Shown: positions 8,964-17,815 of the stretch, in pieces
Position numbering within the stretch: the stretch's first letter is position 1
Layout of the letters: each line of letters opens with the position of its first letter
Assembly: GCA_046329105.1 (NCBI GenBank)
Contig: JAXLVH010000004.1
Location: 29,938 to 93,937, forward strand
DNA length: 64,000 nt
Source: Flavobacteriales bacterium
GTDB lineage: Bacteria > Bacteroidota > Bacteroidia > Flavobacteriales_F > PHOS-HE28
Direction: 5' to 3'
Translations under genes and position numbers: made by a program
Notes under the pieces: generated by a model
Database searches by the model: none
Told to the model about the DNA's origin: nothing
The model's input: only the letters and a program-made list of their open reading frames with translations

Positions 8964-10964
8964 ATGCGGATCCCGCGCACCCTTGCCATCATCGGATGCC
9001 TCCTCATGGTCCACGCAGCGTTCAGCGGAACGATTGACAGCGTGGAGGCGCGCTTGCGCACCGAGGGCCGCACCACAACGCGCGTGGACCTGCTCATCCG
9101 CAAGGCCATGCAGCACATCAATGACCCGGAGTTGGACGTGAGCCCCATTTGGAAGGAAGCGCATCAGTTGGCCGAAGAGCTGAAGTATGAACGCGGCCAG
9201 GCATACGCGCCCATGGGGCCGGCCGTTGAGCGCTGGCATGCTGGCGAACATGCCGCTGCGATCGACAGCATGAAGACGTGCATCGAACGCCTCGACGCCC
9301 TCGGCGTGGACCAGGAGTTTGTTTCGCCATTGGGATGGCTGCGCGAGGTGTACAGTTCCGCCGGCATGCAACAGGAGCGACTGCGTTACTACACCCAAGC
9401 CGTGGATCGTTACCGGAAGGGACCGCTGCGCATGAGCCTGGGCACCAGCTACCATGCGCTTGCCGGATACTACACGCGCATCCGGCAGTACGGTGCGGCC
9501 ATCGAACACTACATCCGCGCCCGCGAGTGCTTTCCAACGCGGCCGGATATCGCATGCAACGAGACCATGGTGATCGGCTGGGCCTACGAGCAATGGGGCA
9601 ATCCCGCGCGTGCGATACCCTTCATCCAGGAGGCGCTGCCATGCCTGACCGCACAGGGCGATACCGGCTTGCTGGCGGACTGCCACATGCGCCTGGCCAC
9701 CGATCGGTTGGCCTTGGGCGATACGCTGGGTGCGCTGCGCGATCTTGAGCGCTCGAGGTCCCTCGTGGCCAACTTGGACAGTTCCAACCCGTTGTTCCGG
9801 TCCAAGTACATTCCCATGCTCGTACAACTGGGCCGGATCGAAGAGGCGGGGATCCAGTATGCGCGGATGATCCAGGAATGCCAGCGCGAAGAGGTGCCAT
9901 TGAACTCGTTCAATGGCGCTTGCGAGCCGGACTACTGCGGGTACATCCTCTACAGCGCGACAGGCCGCCTCGCACAAGCCGATAGCAGTTTGCGCGAGGC
10001 GCTGACCAAGGCGCTTCGGATCAACGATCTGCCACTGGTGCTCAAGTACCGCAAGGCCTTGATGGAACGGCTTTGGACGTCCGGTGATGCGGCCGGATCG
10101 GCGCGGGAGGCCGCGTTGTATGTGCGCATGAACGACTCCCTGCAAGCCGTGGCCAACGCCGATGCCGTGGCGGCTTACGAAGGGCTGGTGAAGGAACGGG
10201 AGAGCGCCCTGGAGATCCAGCGCCAACAAGCGCGGGTGAAGCAACAACGCGTGGTGTTGCTCGGCATTGCCTTCGTGCTGCTGCTCCTTGCGGCGCTCGC
10301 CTGGTCCGTGTACAAGGGCAAGAAGCGCTCGGATGAATTGCTGCTCAACATCCTTCCCGCGGAGGTCGCCAAGGAACTGAAGGCGACCGGGGCCAGCGCC
10401 GCGCGCCACATCGAACAGGCCACCATCCTCTTCACCGATTTCAAAGGCTTCACCGAGGCGAGCGAGCTGCTGACACCGCAGGAGCTGGTGGAAGAGCTGG
10501 ACACCTGCTTCAAGGCCTTCGATGCCATCATCACCGCGCGTGGCATCGAGAAGATCAAGACCATCGGTGATGCGTACATGGCGGCCGGTGGCCTGCCCCG
10601 CAAAGTGGCCAGCGGCGTGGGGGATGTGGTGCAGGCCGCGCTCGACATGCAGGACTTCATGCTGAGGCGGAAGACCGAACGCACCGCGCTGGGGAGGCCC
10701 GCGTTCGACATGCGGGTTGGCGTGCATACCGGCCCCGTGGTCGCGGGCATCGTCGGCGTGAAGAAGTTCCAGTACGACATCTGGGGCGATACGGTGAACA
10801 CCGCCAGCCGCATGGAATCCTCCGGCGAAGTGGGCCGCGTGAACATCAGCGGAAGCACCTACCGCGAGATCGCCGCGCAGCCCGGCTTGGTCTTCACCCC
10901 GCGCGGAAAGGTGCAGGCCAAGGGCAAAGGGGAACTGGAGATGTACTTTGTCCAACGCAATTGA
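8964..10964 (+). CDS. Membrane-anchored class III adenylate cyclase with periplasmic TPR-like sensor domain
   Basis: Start chosen at MRIPRTLAIIGCLLMVHAAFS (signal peptide). The upstream part of ORF 7914-10964 overlaps the opposite-strand gene. Order is TPR-like region, coiled coil, TM helix (VVLLGIAFVLLLLAALAW), cyclase domain with FTDFKGFT, EKIKTIGDAYM, QYDIWGDTVNTASRME. Lys and Asp at purine-specifying positions suggest ATP. Confidence 0.8.
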   Translation: MRIPRTLAIIGCLLMVHAAFSGTIDSVEARLRTEGRTTTRVDLLIRKAMQHINDPELDVSPIWKEAHQLAEELKYERGQAYAPMGPAVERWHAGEHAAAIDSMKTCIERLDALGVDQEFVSPLGWLREVYSSAGMQQERLRYYTQAVDRYRKGPLRMSLGTSYHALAGYYTRIRQYGAAIEHYIRARECFPTRPDIACNETMVIGWAYEQWGNPARAIPFIQEALPCLTAQGDTGLLADCHMRLATDRLALGDTLGALRDLERSRSLVANLDSSNPLFRSKYIPMLVQLGRIEEAGIQYARMIQECQREEVPLNSFNGACEPDYCGYILYSATGRLAQADSSLREALTKALRINDLPLVLKYRKALMERLWTSGDAAGSAREAALYVRMNDSLQAVANADAVAAYEGLVKERESALEIQRQQARVKQQRVVLLGIAFVLLLLAALAWSVYKGKKRSDELLLNILPAEVAKELKATGASAARHIEQATILFTDFKGFTEASELLTPQELVEELDTCFKAFDAIITARGIEKIKTIGDAYMAAGGLPRKVASGVGDVVQAALDMQDFMLRRKTERTALGRPAFDMRVGVHTGPVVAGIVGVKKFQYDIWGDTVNTASRMESSGEVGRVNISGSTYREIAAQPGLVFTPRGKVQAKGKGELEMYFVQRN

Positions 10965-10970
10965 ACACGC

Positions 10971-11360
10971 ATGCATAAGGCGCTGATCCTGTTCACGCTC
11001 CTCTTGATGGTGGCACCGTGTGCGGCCCAGTCCGGTGCGGATGCCGGTCCCGTGAAGGACATCACACCGCAGGAACTCTTCGCCGGGCTGCCCAGGATGC
11101 ACGTCATCGATGTGAACGAAGCGGACAACTATGCCTTCGCCCATGTGCCCGGGGCGAAGCTCCTGGACTACGACGCCATCACACCAGAAGTTCTTCCGGC
11201 CGACAAGTCGGGCGCGCTGGTGTTCTACTGCTGGAGCCCGGAATGCCCCGCTGCCGGCATGGCCGCTGAAAGCGCCGTGAAGCTGGGATACACCGATGTG
11301 CGCTGCATGCACGCGGGCATCACCGGCTGGCAGGATGCGGGGTTGCCCACCGAGCCATGA
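10971..11360 (+). CDS. Periplasmic single-domain rhodanese (sulfurtransferase-like)
   Basis: 129 aa. Signal peptide. Rhodanese fold with active-site Cys loop (FYCWSPECP). Confidence 0.7.
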   Translation: MHKALILFTLLLMVAPCAAQSGADAGPVKDITPQELFAGLPRMHVIDVNEADNYAFAHVPGAKLLDYDAITPEVLPADKSGALVFYCWSPECPAAGMAAESAVKLGYTDVRCMHAGITGWQDAGLPTEP

Positions 11361-11762
11361 GGACAACGGAGCTCGTGGCTCCATCATCGGCTCCAGGTAA
11401 ATACGCTCCTCTTCTCCGGCGGCGGGTAGCTCGCGCTCTGCCATTTCCCGGTCGTTTCCCCCGAGCTGGCAGTGCCGAAGCCTACGCACCAGATGCTCTG
11501 GATGACGGTTCTTGCAGGGTCGGTGTTGGCCCTTGCTTCGGCTATTCTGCCGGCTTCCCAGCTCCGCTGACCGTACATCAGGCGGTTGCCGGTGCTGGGC
11601 TCCGTCGGTTGCGCATTGGCCTTCAACGCTGCCCTGGTGCTCCGGTACAAGCAGCCACGCTTCGGCATCCATCACGATGGCCTGCTCCAGCGCTGCTTGG
11701 TGCTCCGTGGGTTTGCCTTCACCATCTGGGGCCGTGTCACGAACAAGGCGTAATCAACCGAC

Positions 11763-13724
11763 TCAAAGCGGGATGGCCAGATGGATCGTGGTCCCCTTTC
11801 CCGGGGAGCAATCCGTTCGCAGTTCCGCCTTCACCTCCTCAGCCCGCGCGCGCATGTTGCGCAAGCCGTTCCCGCCCATCGCCCCGGCGCTGTTCGTTCT
11901 CGGCAGTCCCGTCCCGTTATCGCTGATGGTCATGCGCAAGCGGTTGTGATTGTGGTCGATCACGGCGGCCACTTCGGTGGCCTGTGCGTGCTTGGCCGCA
12001 TTGTTCACCGCTTCCTTGAAGATGAGGTAGAGGTTCTTCTTCACCTCCACGGAAAGTTCACGCGCCAGCACGTTCTCCGGAGCGTTGAAGTGGAAGGCGA
12101 TGCCCTTCGGCTCCAGCACCGAGGTCCCGAACTCGCGCATACGGCCGATCAGGTCGATCACCGAATCCTTGCCCGGATCGACACTCCAAACGATGTCGCT
12201 CATGTCGCGCATGAGGCGCTGGCTGCGCTCACTGATCTTCTCCATCGAAGCCGCCGCATCCGTATCGCCGCTGGCCTCGGCGCGCTTCTTCACCACGTTG
12301 CTCAGGATGCTGATGCTGCTCAGTGTGCCGCCGATGTCATCGTGCAGGTCGCGGCTCAGGCTGGAGCGCAGTTGTTCCAAGTGGATGCGGCGTTTCAAGC
12401 GCGCGCGATTGATGAGCAGTGCCGCTATCAACGTGATGAAACCGAGGAGCATCAGGAACAGGAACCGTTGCCAGCGGTTCTCGGACGCGACCATCTCGAA
12501 CCTCAACCGTTCGCGTTCGTTCACTGTTGCCACGGAGTCGCGCAAGTGTGACATCCTGGAGGTTTCCTCCAATCGCCGCATGCGCTCGTCAAGATGCCAT
12601 TCTTGGATCGTCTTCTCACTCGTTCTGAGCGCTTGCTGATAATGCAGCGCCGTCTTCAGATCGCCCTGCATCTCCGCGATCCGGGCAAGGCCCTCATAGA
12701 TCGCCGGACCGTTAACCGCGCAGTTCGCGCATGTGTCCAAACGCCTTTCGCAATCGCGGAAAGCCCGCCAGGCCTCGTTCGTTGAGCCTCTTGAGAGCAG
12801 CATCTGCGCGAAGGGCAGAAGGTCCGCGGTCCGGTTCCAGTTGGCCCATGGGAACTCATGGTCCATCATGTGGTGGTATTGCACAAGTGCGCGCCGCAGC
12901 GTGTCCAGCGTGATGGACGTATCGTTGACCGCAGCCTGGGTCATGAGCCGGAACCGAAGGCGCCTTCGAATGCCGGAGGTCCATGGGTCGTTAGGGACGA
13001 GCTGATCTGCTAGGGCGCTGTCCAGCTCCAAGCGGCGCACATACAGCTCTGTGGAATCCCATGCGCCCGATAAACTGTGCGCCACGGCCATTTCCACATG
13101 CAACTTATACCGCTGGTCCAACGTTCGGGCCAGGTGCAATGCACGCCGCAGATCTGGAAGCGCCTGCTGGGGATCCAGGTACATCTCGCTCCTGAAGCTG
13201 CCCAGCCGGTACGCCGTGTAGAAAGCACCCAAGGTGTCATGGTCCGCCAGAAACCGGTCGACGAGGGGTTCGTACAGGGACATGGTCGAGTCCAACTGCC
13301 CCCTTTGGTAGGCCGCTGCACCATGGAAGTAGGTGGACCAATCCGCCAGCACTGGATCGCTGTCCGGCCCGATGAGGCGGTCGAAGCGTGCGATGAATTC
13401 CGGCGTGGTGCGCTGTAGCGCGTAGCGATAGTGTTGGAATGCTCGCCCTGTGGGAATTGGAGCAGCGGCAGCCACGGCAGGGTCATCGAAACGAGTGAGC
13501 GCGCTGGCACAAAAAAGAGTGTCCTTCTTCAATGCGCGTAACCGCATATGCTCAACCAGCGTGGCGAGCCCTGTCGTGTCCGCGTTGGCCTTCGCATCGC
13601 TGGTCCGCTCAATTGAAAGGTCGCATGAGGAAGACATGCCCATCAGGGCGATGCAGACCATCACGTTTCGGCGCTTCACAGTTCGAATTAAGCCGGATCG
13701 TCGGGACCGTGATGACCTTCTCAC
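11763..13724 (-). CDS. Sensor histidine kinase (NarX/HisKA_3 type) with periplasmic TPR-like sensor
   Basis: H-box LSRDLHDDIGGTLSSISIL. HATPase N/G boxes (EAVNNAAKHA, DNGTGL, GNGLRNMRARAE). TM helix then kinase core. Start ATG overlaps the response regulator (RR) stop (ATGA). Confidence 0.8.
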   Translation of the reverse strand: MRRSSRSRRSGLIRTVKRRNVMVCIALMGMSSSCDLSIERTSDAKANADTTGLATLVEHMRLRALKKDTLFCASALTRFDDPAVAAAAPIPTGRAFQHYRYALQRTTPEFIARFDRLIGPDSDPVLADWSTYFHGAAAYQRGQLDSTMSLYEPLVDRFLADHDTLGAFYTAYRLGSFRSEMYLDPQQALPDLRRALHLARTLDQRYKLHVEMAVAHSLSGAWDSTELYVRRLELDSALADQLVPNDPWTSGIRRRLRFRLMTQAAVNDTSITLDTLRRALVQYHHMMDHEFPWANWNRTADLLPFAQMLLSRGSTNEAWRAFRDCERRLDTCANCAVNGPAIYEGLARIAEMQGDLKTALHYQQALRTSEKTIQEWHLDERMRRLEETSRMSHLRDSVATVNERERLRFEMVASENRWQRFLFLMLLGFITLIAALLINRARLKRRIHLEQLRSSLSRDLHDDIGGTLSSISILSNVVKKRAEASGDTDAAASMEKISERSQRLMRDMSDIVWSVDPGKDSVIDLIGRMREFGTSVLEPKGIAFHFNAPENVLARELSVEVKKNLYLIFKEAVNNAAKHAQATEVAAVIDHNHNRLRMTISDNGTGLPRTNSAGAMGGNGLRNMRARAEEVKAELRTDCSPGKGTTIHLAIPL

Positions 13725-14353
13725 ACCACCCGGTTCTGCAAGGCCTTCGCCACCGCCTCGCTCTTGCTGTTCACGTGCAGCTTGGCGTAGATGTTCTTGA
13801 TGTGGAAGCGCAGGGTCTCCACGCCGATGTCCAATTGCGCGGCGGCCATTTTGTAGCTGTGGCCACGCACCAGCAGCGAGAGTACATCATGCTCCCGCGC
13901 GGTGAGCTTCTGCAGGTCGTCGCTCTTCTTGAAGGGCTGCGCGAAGAGCGTGAGCACCTTGCGCGCGATGCTCGGGGTCATGGGTGCGCCGCCACCCATG
14001 GCCTCGCGGATGCCCTCCAGGATCTTCTCGGGCGCGGTCTGCTTCAGCAGGTAGCCGCTGGCGCCGTGGCAGATGGCCTGGAACACGTTCTCGTTGTCCT
14101 CCATCACGGTGAACATGAGCACCATCACCCCGCTGCCCGCCGCACGGATGGCGCGCAAGCCCTGCAACCCGTTCTCCACCGGCATGTCGATGTCCATGAG
14201 CACCACGTCCGGGTGGTGGTAGGCCACATGGCGTTCGGCCCGCTCCGCGTTGGTGTAGTGCGCGACCAGGCGGATGTCATCCGAATCCTTTATCAGTTCG
14301 GCCAGGCTTTCGGCCAGGTCGTTGTTGTCCTCGAAGAGCAGTACGCGGATCAT
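13721..14353 (-). CDS. NarL/LuxR-family response regulator
   Basis: REC domain (MIRVLLFEDNND...VVLMDIDMP) plus C-terminal LuxR HTH (LTAREHDVLSLLVRGHSYKMAAAQLDIGVETLRFHIKNIYAKL). ORF table start at 14386. MIRVLL start preferred. Confidence 0.85.
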   Translation of the reverse strand: MIRVLLFEDNNDLAESLAELIKDSDDIRLVAHYTNAERAERHVAYHHPDVVLMDIDMPVENGLQGLRAIRAAGSGVMVLMFTVMEDNENVFQAICHGASGYLLKQTAPEKILEGIREAMGGGAPMTPSIARKVLTLFAQPFKKSDDLQKLTAREHDVLSLLVRGHSYKMAAAQLDIGVETLRFHIKNIYAKLHVNSKSEAVAKALQNRVV

Positions 14354-14444
14354 GGTGGATACAAAGAACGGATGGGTGCTGGTCACGACGCACCCCCCAG
14401 TTCGTGGGGGACGCTAACTTCACGCCACGCCGGAAACTTGCCTT

Positions 14445-15737
14445 ATGCAAGCCGGGGTCCTGCGCATGGAGAAAGACGGCACCATCCGGGAGCCGACCGC
14501 GACCGAGACGGAAGTGCTCGCCGTGCATGACCAGTTCTGGCAGTGCTATGCGCGTCGCGACCTCGATGGGCGCTTCGCTGTGGCGGCGGATGACATCACC
14601 TTCTTCGGTACCGCGCTGCACGAGCGCGCCGTTGGCAAAGCGCAATACCGGGCGTTCAATGAGAAGGGCGTGGAACAGTATCCGCATGCGTTCACCATCG
14701 AGTACATCTGGAAGGAAGTGCGTATTTGGCACGAAACCGCCTGGGTGGAGGGCGATACGTACTGGACCATGGGCAGTGGGCCCGAAGCCACGCGTGACCT
14801 CTTGCGGCAGACCACCATCCTGAAGCGCGTTGCCGGCAATTGGCTGGTGACGCACGTACATGGCAGCGACCCCGACTACCGGCTGCGCGAGGGCGAGTAC
14901 ATGACCTACGGCGACATCCACACCCGCAACAAGGACCTGGAGCGGGAGGTGATGCAGCGCACCGAGGAACTGCGCGCCGAGAAGAAGCGCAGCGATGCCC
15001 TGCTGCTGAACATCCTGCCGGAGGAAGTGGCCGAAGAGTTGAAGGCCAAGGGCGAAGCCGACGCCAAGCTCATCGACCAGGTCACCATCCTCTTCACCGA
15101 CTTCAAGGGGTTCACGGCCATGAGCGAGCATATGGCTCCTCGTGACCTGGTACGCGACCTGAACGAGTGCTTCAGCGCCTTCGACCGCATCTGCGAAAAG
15201 CACAACATAGAGAAGATCAAGACCATCGGTGATGCATACATGGCCGTCGGCGGCTTGCCGATGGCCAACACCACCCATGCCGTGGATGCGATCAACGCCG
15301 CGCTGGAAATTCGCGACTTCATTGCTGAAGGCAGAGCGAAGAAGGCCGCGGCGGGTCTGCCCTGGTTCGAGATCCGCATCGGCGTGCACTCGGGACCGGT
15401 GGTGGCGGGGATCGTGGGCGTGAAGAAGTTCCAGTACGACATCTGGGGCGATACGGTGAACACCGCCAGCCGGATGGAGAGCAGCGGCGAAGTGGGACAG
15501 GTGAACATCAGTGAGGCGACGTATGCGTTGGTGAATGACGCGAGGAAGGTGAATGGCGAATGGTCAATAGTGAATGGGGGATCCACCCATTCACCAACTC
15601 CCGATCACCATTCGCCCGCAACGGCCCATTCACCATTCACCAACTCCCATTCACCCGCATTCGCATTCACCCCGCGCGGAAAAGTGCAGGCGAAGGGCAA
15701 GGGGGAACTGGAGATGTACTTCGTGAGCAGGGCATGA
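14445..15737 (+). CDS. Cytoplasmic SnoaL/NTF2-like domain - coiled coil - class III adenylate cyclase
   Basis: 430 aa. N-terminal SnoaL-like fold. Cyclase motifs identical to neighbours. C-terminal low-complexity insert (NGEWSIVNGGSTHSPTPDHHSPATAHSPFTNSHSPAFA) encoded by a palindromic repeat. Confidence 0.8.
   Translation: MQAGVLRMEKDGTIREPTATETEVLAVHDQFWQCYARRDLDGRFAVAADDITFFGTALHERAVGKAQYRAFNEKGVEQYPHAFTIEYIWKEVRIWHETAWVEGDTYWTMGSGPEATRDLLRQTTILKRVAGNWLVTHVHGSDPDYRLREGEYMTYGDIHTRNKDLEREVMQRTEELRAEKKRSDALLLNILPEEVAEELKAKGEADAKLIDQVTILFTDFKGFTAMSEHMAPRDLVRDLNECFSAFDRICEKHNIEKIKTIGDAYMAVGGLPMANTTHAVDAINAALEIRDFIAEGRAKKAAAGLPWFEIRIGVHSGPVVAGIVGVKKFQYDIWGDTVNTASRMESSGEVGQVNISEATYALVNDARKVNGEWSIVNGGSTHSPTPDHHSPATAHSPFTNSHSPAFAFTPRGKVQAKGKGELEMYFVSRA
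15549..15671. repeat. ~120-bp palindromic (hairpin-forming) element inserted in frame in cyclase gene, copy 1
   Basis: GTGAATGGCGAATGGTCAATAGTGAATGGGGGATCCACCCATTCACC...CCATTCGCC...CCCATTCACC. GAATGG-rich left arm and CCATTC-rich right arm. Perfect core palindrome GTGAATGGGGGATCCACCCATTCAC. Confidence 0.8.
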
Positions 15738-17815
15738 GATATCCGCTTCCGATCCTCATGGTGCTGGCCCTGGTCGTGAACGTACACGGCCAGGACCGGA
15801 TCCTTGATTCGCTGCGGAACGCGCTTGACACCACGCGGCAGGACACCGTGCAGCTACGGACCCTGGTGTCGATCTCGCAGATCGCCTCCCTATCGAGCCG
15901 GGACACCGCCTACGCGCGGCCGATGGCGCGCATGATCGCAAAGCTGGAGCAGGACCCGCACCCGTCCGTCAAGGCCGTGGCCGAGGAAGCGAAGTTCCAT
16001 TGGCTGCTCTGGCGCGGTGCAATGCGACTGCGTGTTTCCGACTATCGCGGCGCCGTGCGTCTCTACAATGAGGCTGGACGACTGGCCACGGAGCGCGCCG
16101 ACACCGCACGCATCCTGGACTACGAAGTGGCCATGGGTGACCTCTATGGCCGCATCAATGATACCGTTAACGGCCTGCGATGGGGCTATCGTGCGTTCGA
16201 ACACGCGCTGATGTTGGGCGACAGCGCGTTCGCGGTGCGGATCCTTCTCGGGCTGGGCGAGTCCGACACCACGCATGCCCGCTTCCGCTCGTCGCTTGAC
16301 TTCATTGATGCGTATGCTTCGACGGCCCGATGGCAGCACGAACCCTCCTACCACATGTTCCGCGGACGGCTCCTGCAAACACATGGAGAACACGCGCAGG
16401 CCATCGCCGAAATGGAACTGGCCGACAGTCTTTTCCAGGGCACCGGGGATAGGAGGAACGCTCTGAACGCATGGTTCCTGGGCGGGGCGTACCAAAGCGC
16501 TGGTCGTTCTAGCGATGCCATAGCCGCGTTCCATAATTCCCTCAAAGCCTCCAAGCACTTCGGGATCAGAGGATGGCACGCCGGCTGCGCGCTGGACCTC
16601 GGAAAGGAACTGCGGAATACGGGTGATCCGGCAGGTGCTGAAGCGGCATGGCGGGATGCCTTGGAACAGGCACGTCTCGGGAATTTCCCGGATCACCTGA
16701 GCAACGCGCTGGATCATTTGAAGGACTTGTACACTGAACAACGACGCTATCGCGAAGCATTGGAGCTCACCGCGGAATGGCTCGCGCTGAAGGACAGTTC
16801 GAACGCCGAGGAAGCGCGCAGGGAATTGCTCCAACTCGAGTTCGGAGCGGAACAACGCGCGGACAGTTTGCAGTTCGCGCTCGAACGCGAGGAGGCATCG
16901 CGACGGCTCGCTAAGGAGCGCACGCAACGGAAGGTGCTTATCGGCTTTGGTGCTTTCGCCCTCGTCTTCGCCGCCGTGGACTACCGCCGCCGCCGCCGCA
17001 TCAAGAAGGAACATGCACGCAGCGAGGCCCTGCTGCTCAACATCCTGCCGCAGGAAGTCGCCACCGAACTGAAGGCGAAAGGCCACGCCGACGCGAAGCA
17101 CTTCGAAAAGGTCACCATCCTCTTCACCGATTTCAAAGGATTCACCTCGGTGAGTGAACAGCTATCTCCTGCGGAACTGGTCGAGGAGCTGAACACCTGC
17201 TTCAAGGCGTTCGACGGGATCATCACCGCACGTGGCATTGAGAAGATCAAGACCATTGGTGATGCCTACATGTGCGCGGGCGGACTGCCCACACCCAATA
17301 CCACGCACGCCACCGATGTGATCAACGCCGCATTCGAAATGCGTGACTTCATCGCTGAAGGCAAAGCGCACAAGATCGCGGCAAGCCTCCCCTACTTCGA
17401 GATCAGGATCGGTATCCACACCGGTCCTGTGGTGGCGGGCATCGTGGGCGTGAAGAAGTTCCAGTACGACATCTGGGGCGATACGGTGAACACGGCCAGC
17501 CGCATGGAGAGCAGTGGTGAGGTGGGGCAAGTGAACATCAGCGAGGCGACGTATGCGTTGGTGAAGGATGTGAAGAAGGTGAGGGAGGTGAATGGCGAAT
17601 GGTCAATAGTGAATGGGGGATCCACCCATTCACCAACTCCCGATCACCATTCGCCCGCAACGGCCCATTCACCATTCACCAACTCCCATTCACCCGCATT
17701 CGCATTCACTCCGCGCGGAAAAGTGCAGGCCAAGGGCAAGGGGGAGATGGAGATGTACTTCGTGCAGAGGTCATCGGGAACGTCCGACAGCGCACCGACA
17801 TCTACTGGTACATGA
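15734..17815 (+). CDS. Membrane-anchored class III adenylate cyclase with periplasmic TPR-like sensor (tandem paralog 1)
   Basis: Start MRYPLPILMVLALVVNVHGQ overlaps the upstream stop (ATGA). TPR-like region, TM (VLIGFGAFALVFAAV), cyclase domain. Same palindromic in-frame insert near the C-terminus. Confidence 0.8.
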   Translation: MRYPLPILMVLALVVNVHGQDRILDSLRNALDTTRQDTVQLRTLVSISQIASLSSRDTAYARPMARMIAKLEQDPHPSVKAVAEEAKFHWLLWRGAMRLRVSDYRGAVRLYNEAGRLATERADTARILDYEVAMGDLYGRINDTVNGLRWGYRAFEHALMLGDSAFAVRILLGLGESDTTHARFRSSLDFIDAYASTARWQHEPSYHMFRGRLLQTHGEHAQAIAEMELADSLFQGTGDRRNALNAWFLGGAYQSAGRSSDAIAAFHNSLKASKHFGIRGWHAGCALDLGKELRNTGDPAGAEAAWRDALEQARLGNFPDHLSNALDHLKDLYTEQRRYREALELTAEWLALKDSSNAEEARRELLQLEFGAEQRADSLQFALEREEASRRLAKERTQRKVLIGFGAFALVFAAVDYRRRRRIKKEHARSEALLLNILPQEVATELKAKGHADAKHFEKVTILFTDFKGFTSVSEQLSPAELVEELNTCFKAFDGIITARGIEKIKTIGDAYMCAGGLPTPNTTHATDVINAAFEMRDFIAEGKAHKIAASLPYFEIRIGIHTGPVVAGIVGVKKFQYDIWGDTVNTASRMESSGEVGQVNISEATYALVKDVKKVREVNGEWSIVNGGSTHSPTPDHHSPATAHSPFTNSHSPAFAFTPRGKVQAKGKGEMEMYFVQRSSGTSDSAPTSTGT
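17588..17710. repeat. Palindromic in-frame element, copy 2
   Basis: Near-identical DNA to copy 1, at the same position in the paralogous cyclase. Confidence 0.8.

Noticed and set aside
11357-11949. ORFs in the 400-bp rhodanese-HK intergenic region (11357-11926, 11512-11949, 11384-11668)
   Set aside because: Arg/Pro/Ala-rich low-complexity translations typical of GC-rich non-coding frames. No motifs. Overlap the HK 3' end.
15560-15733. Long N-terminal extensions of ORFs 15560-17815, 17599-19848 and 19668-20774
   Set aside because: They are read-through of the upstream gene's 3' end and palindromic insert in another frame. Signal-peptide ATGs that overlap upstream stops give better starts (15734, 17812, 19884).
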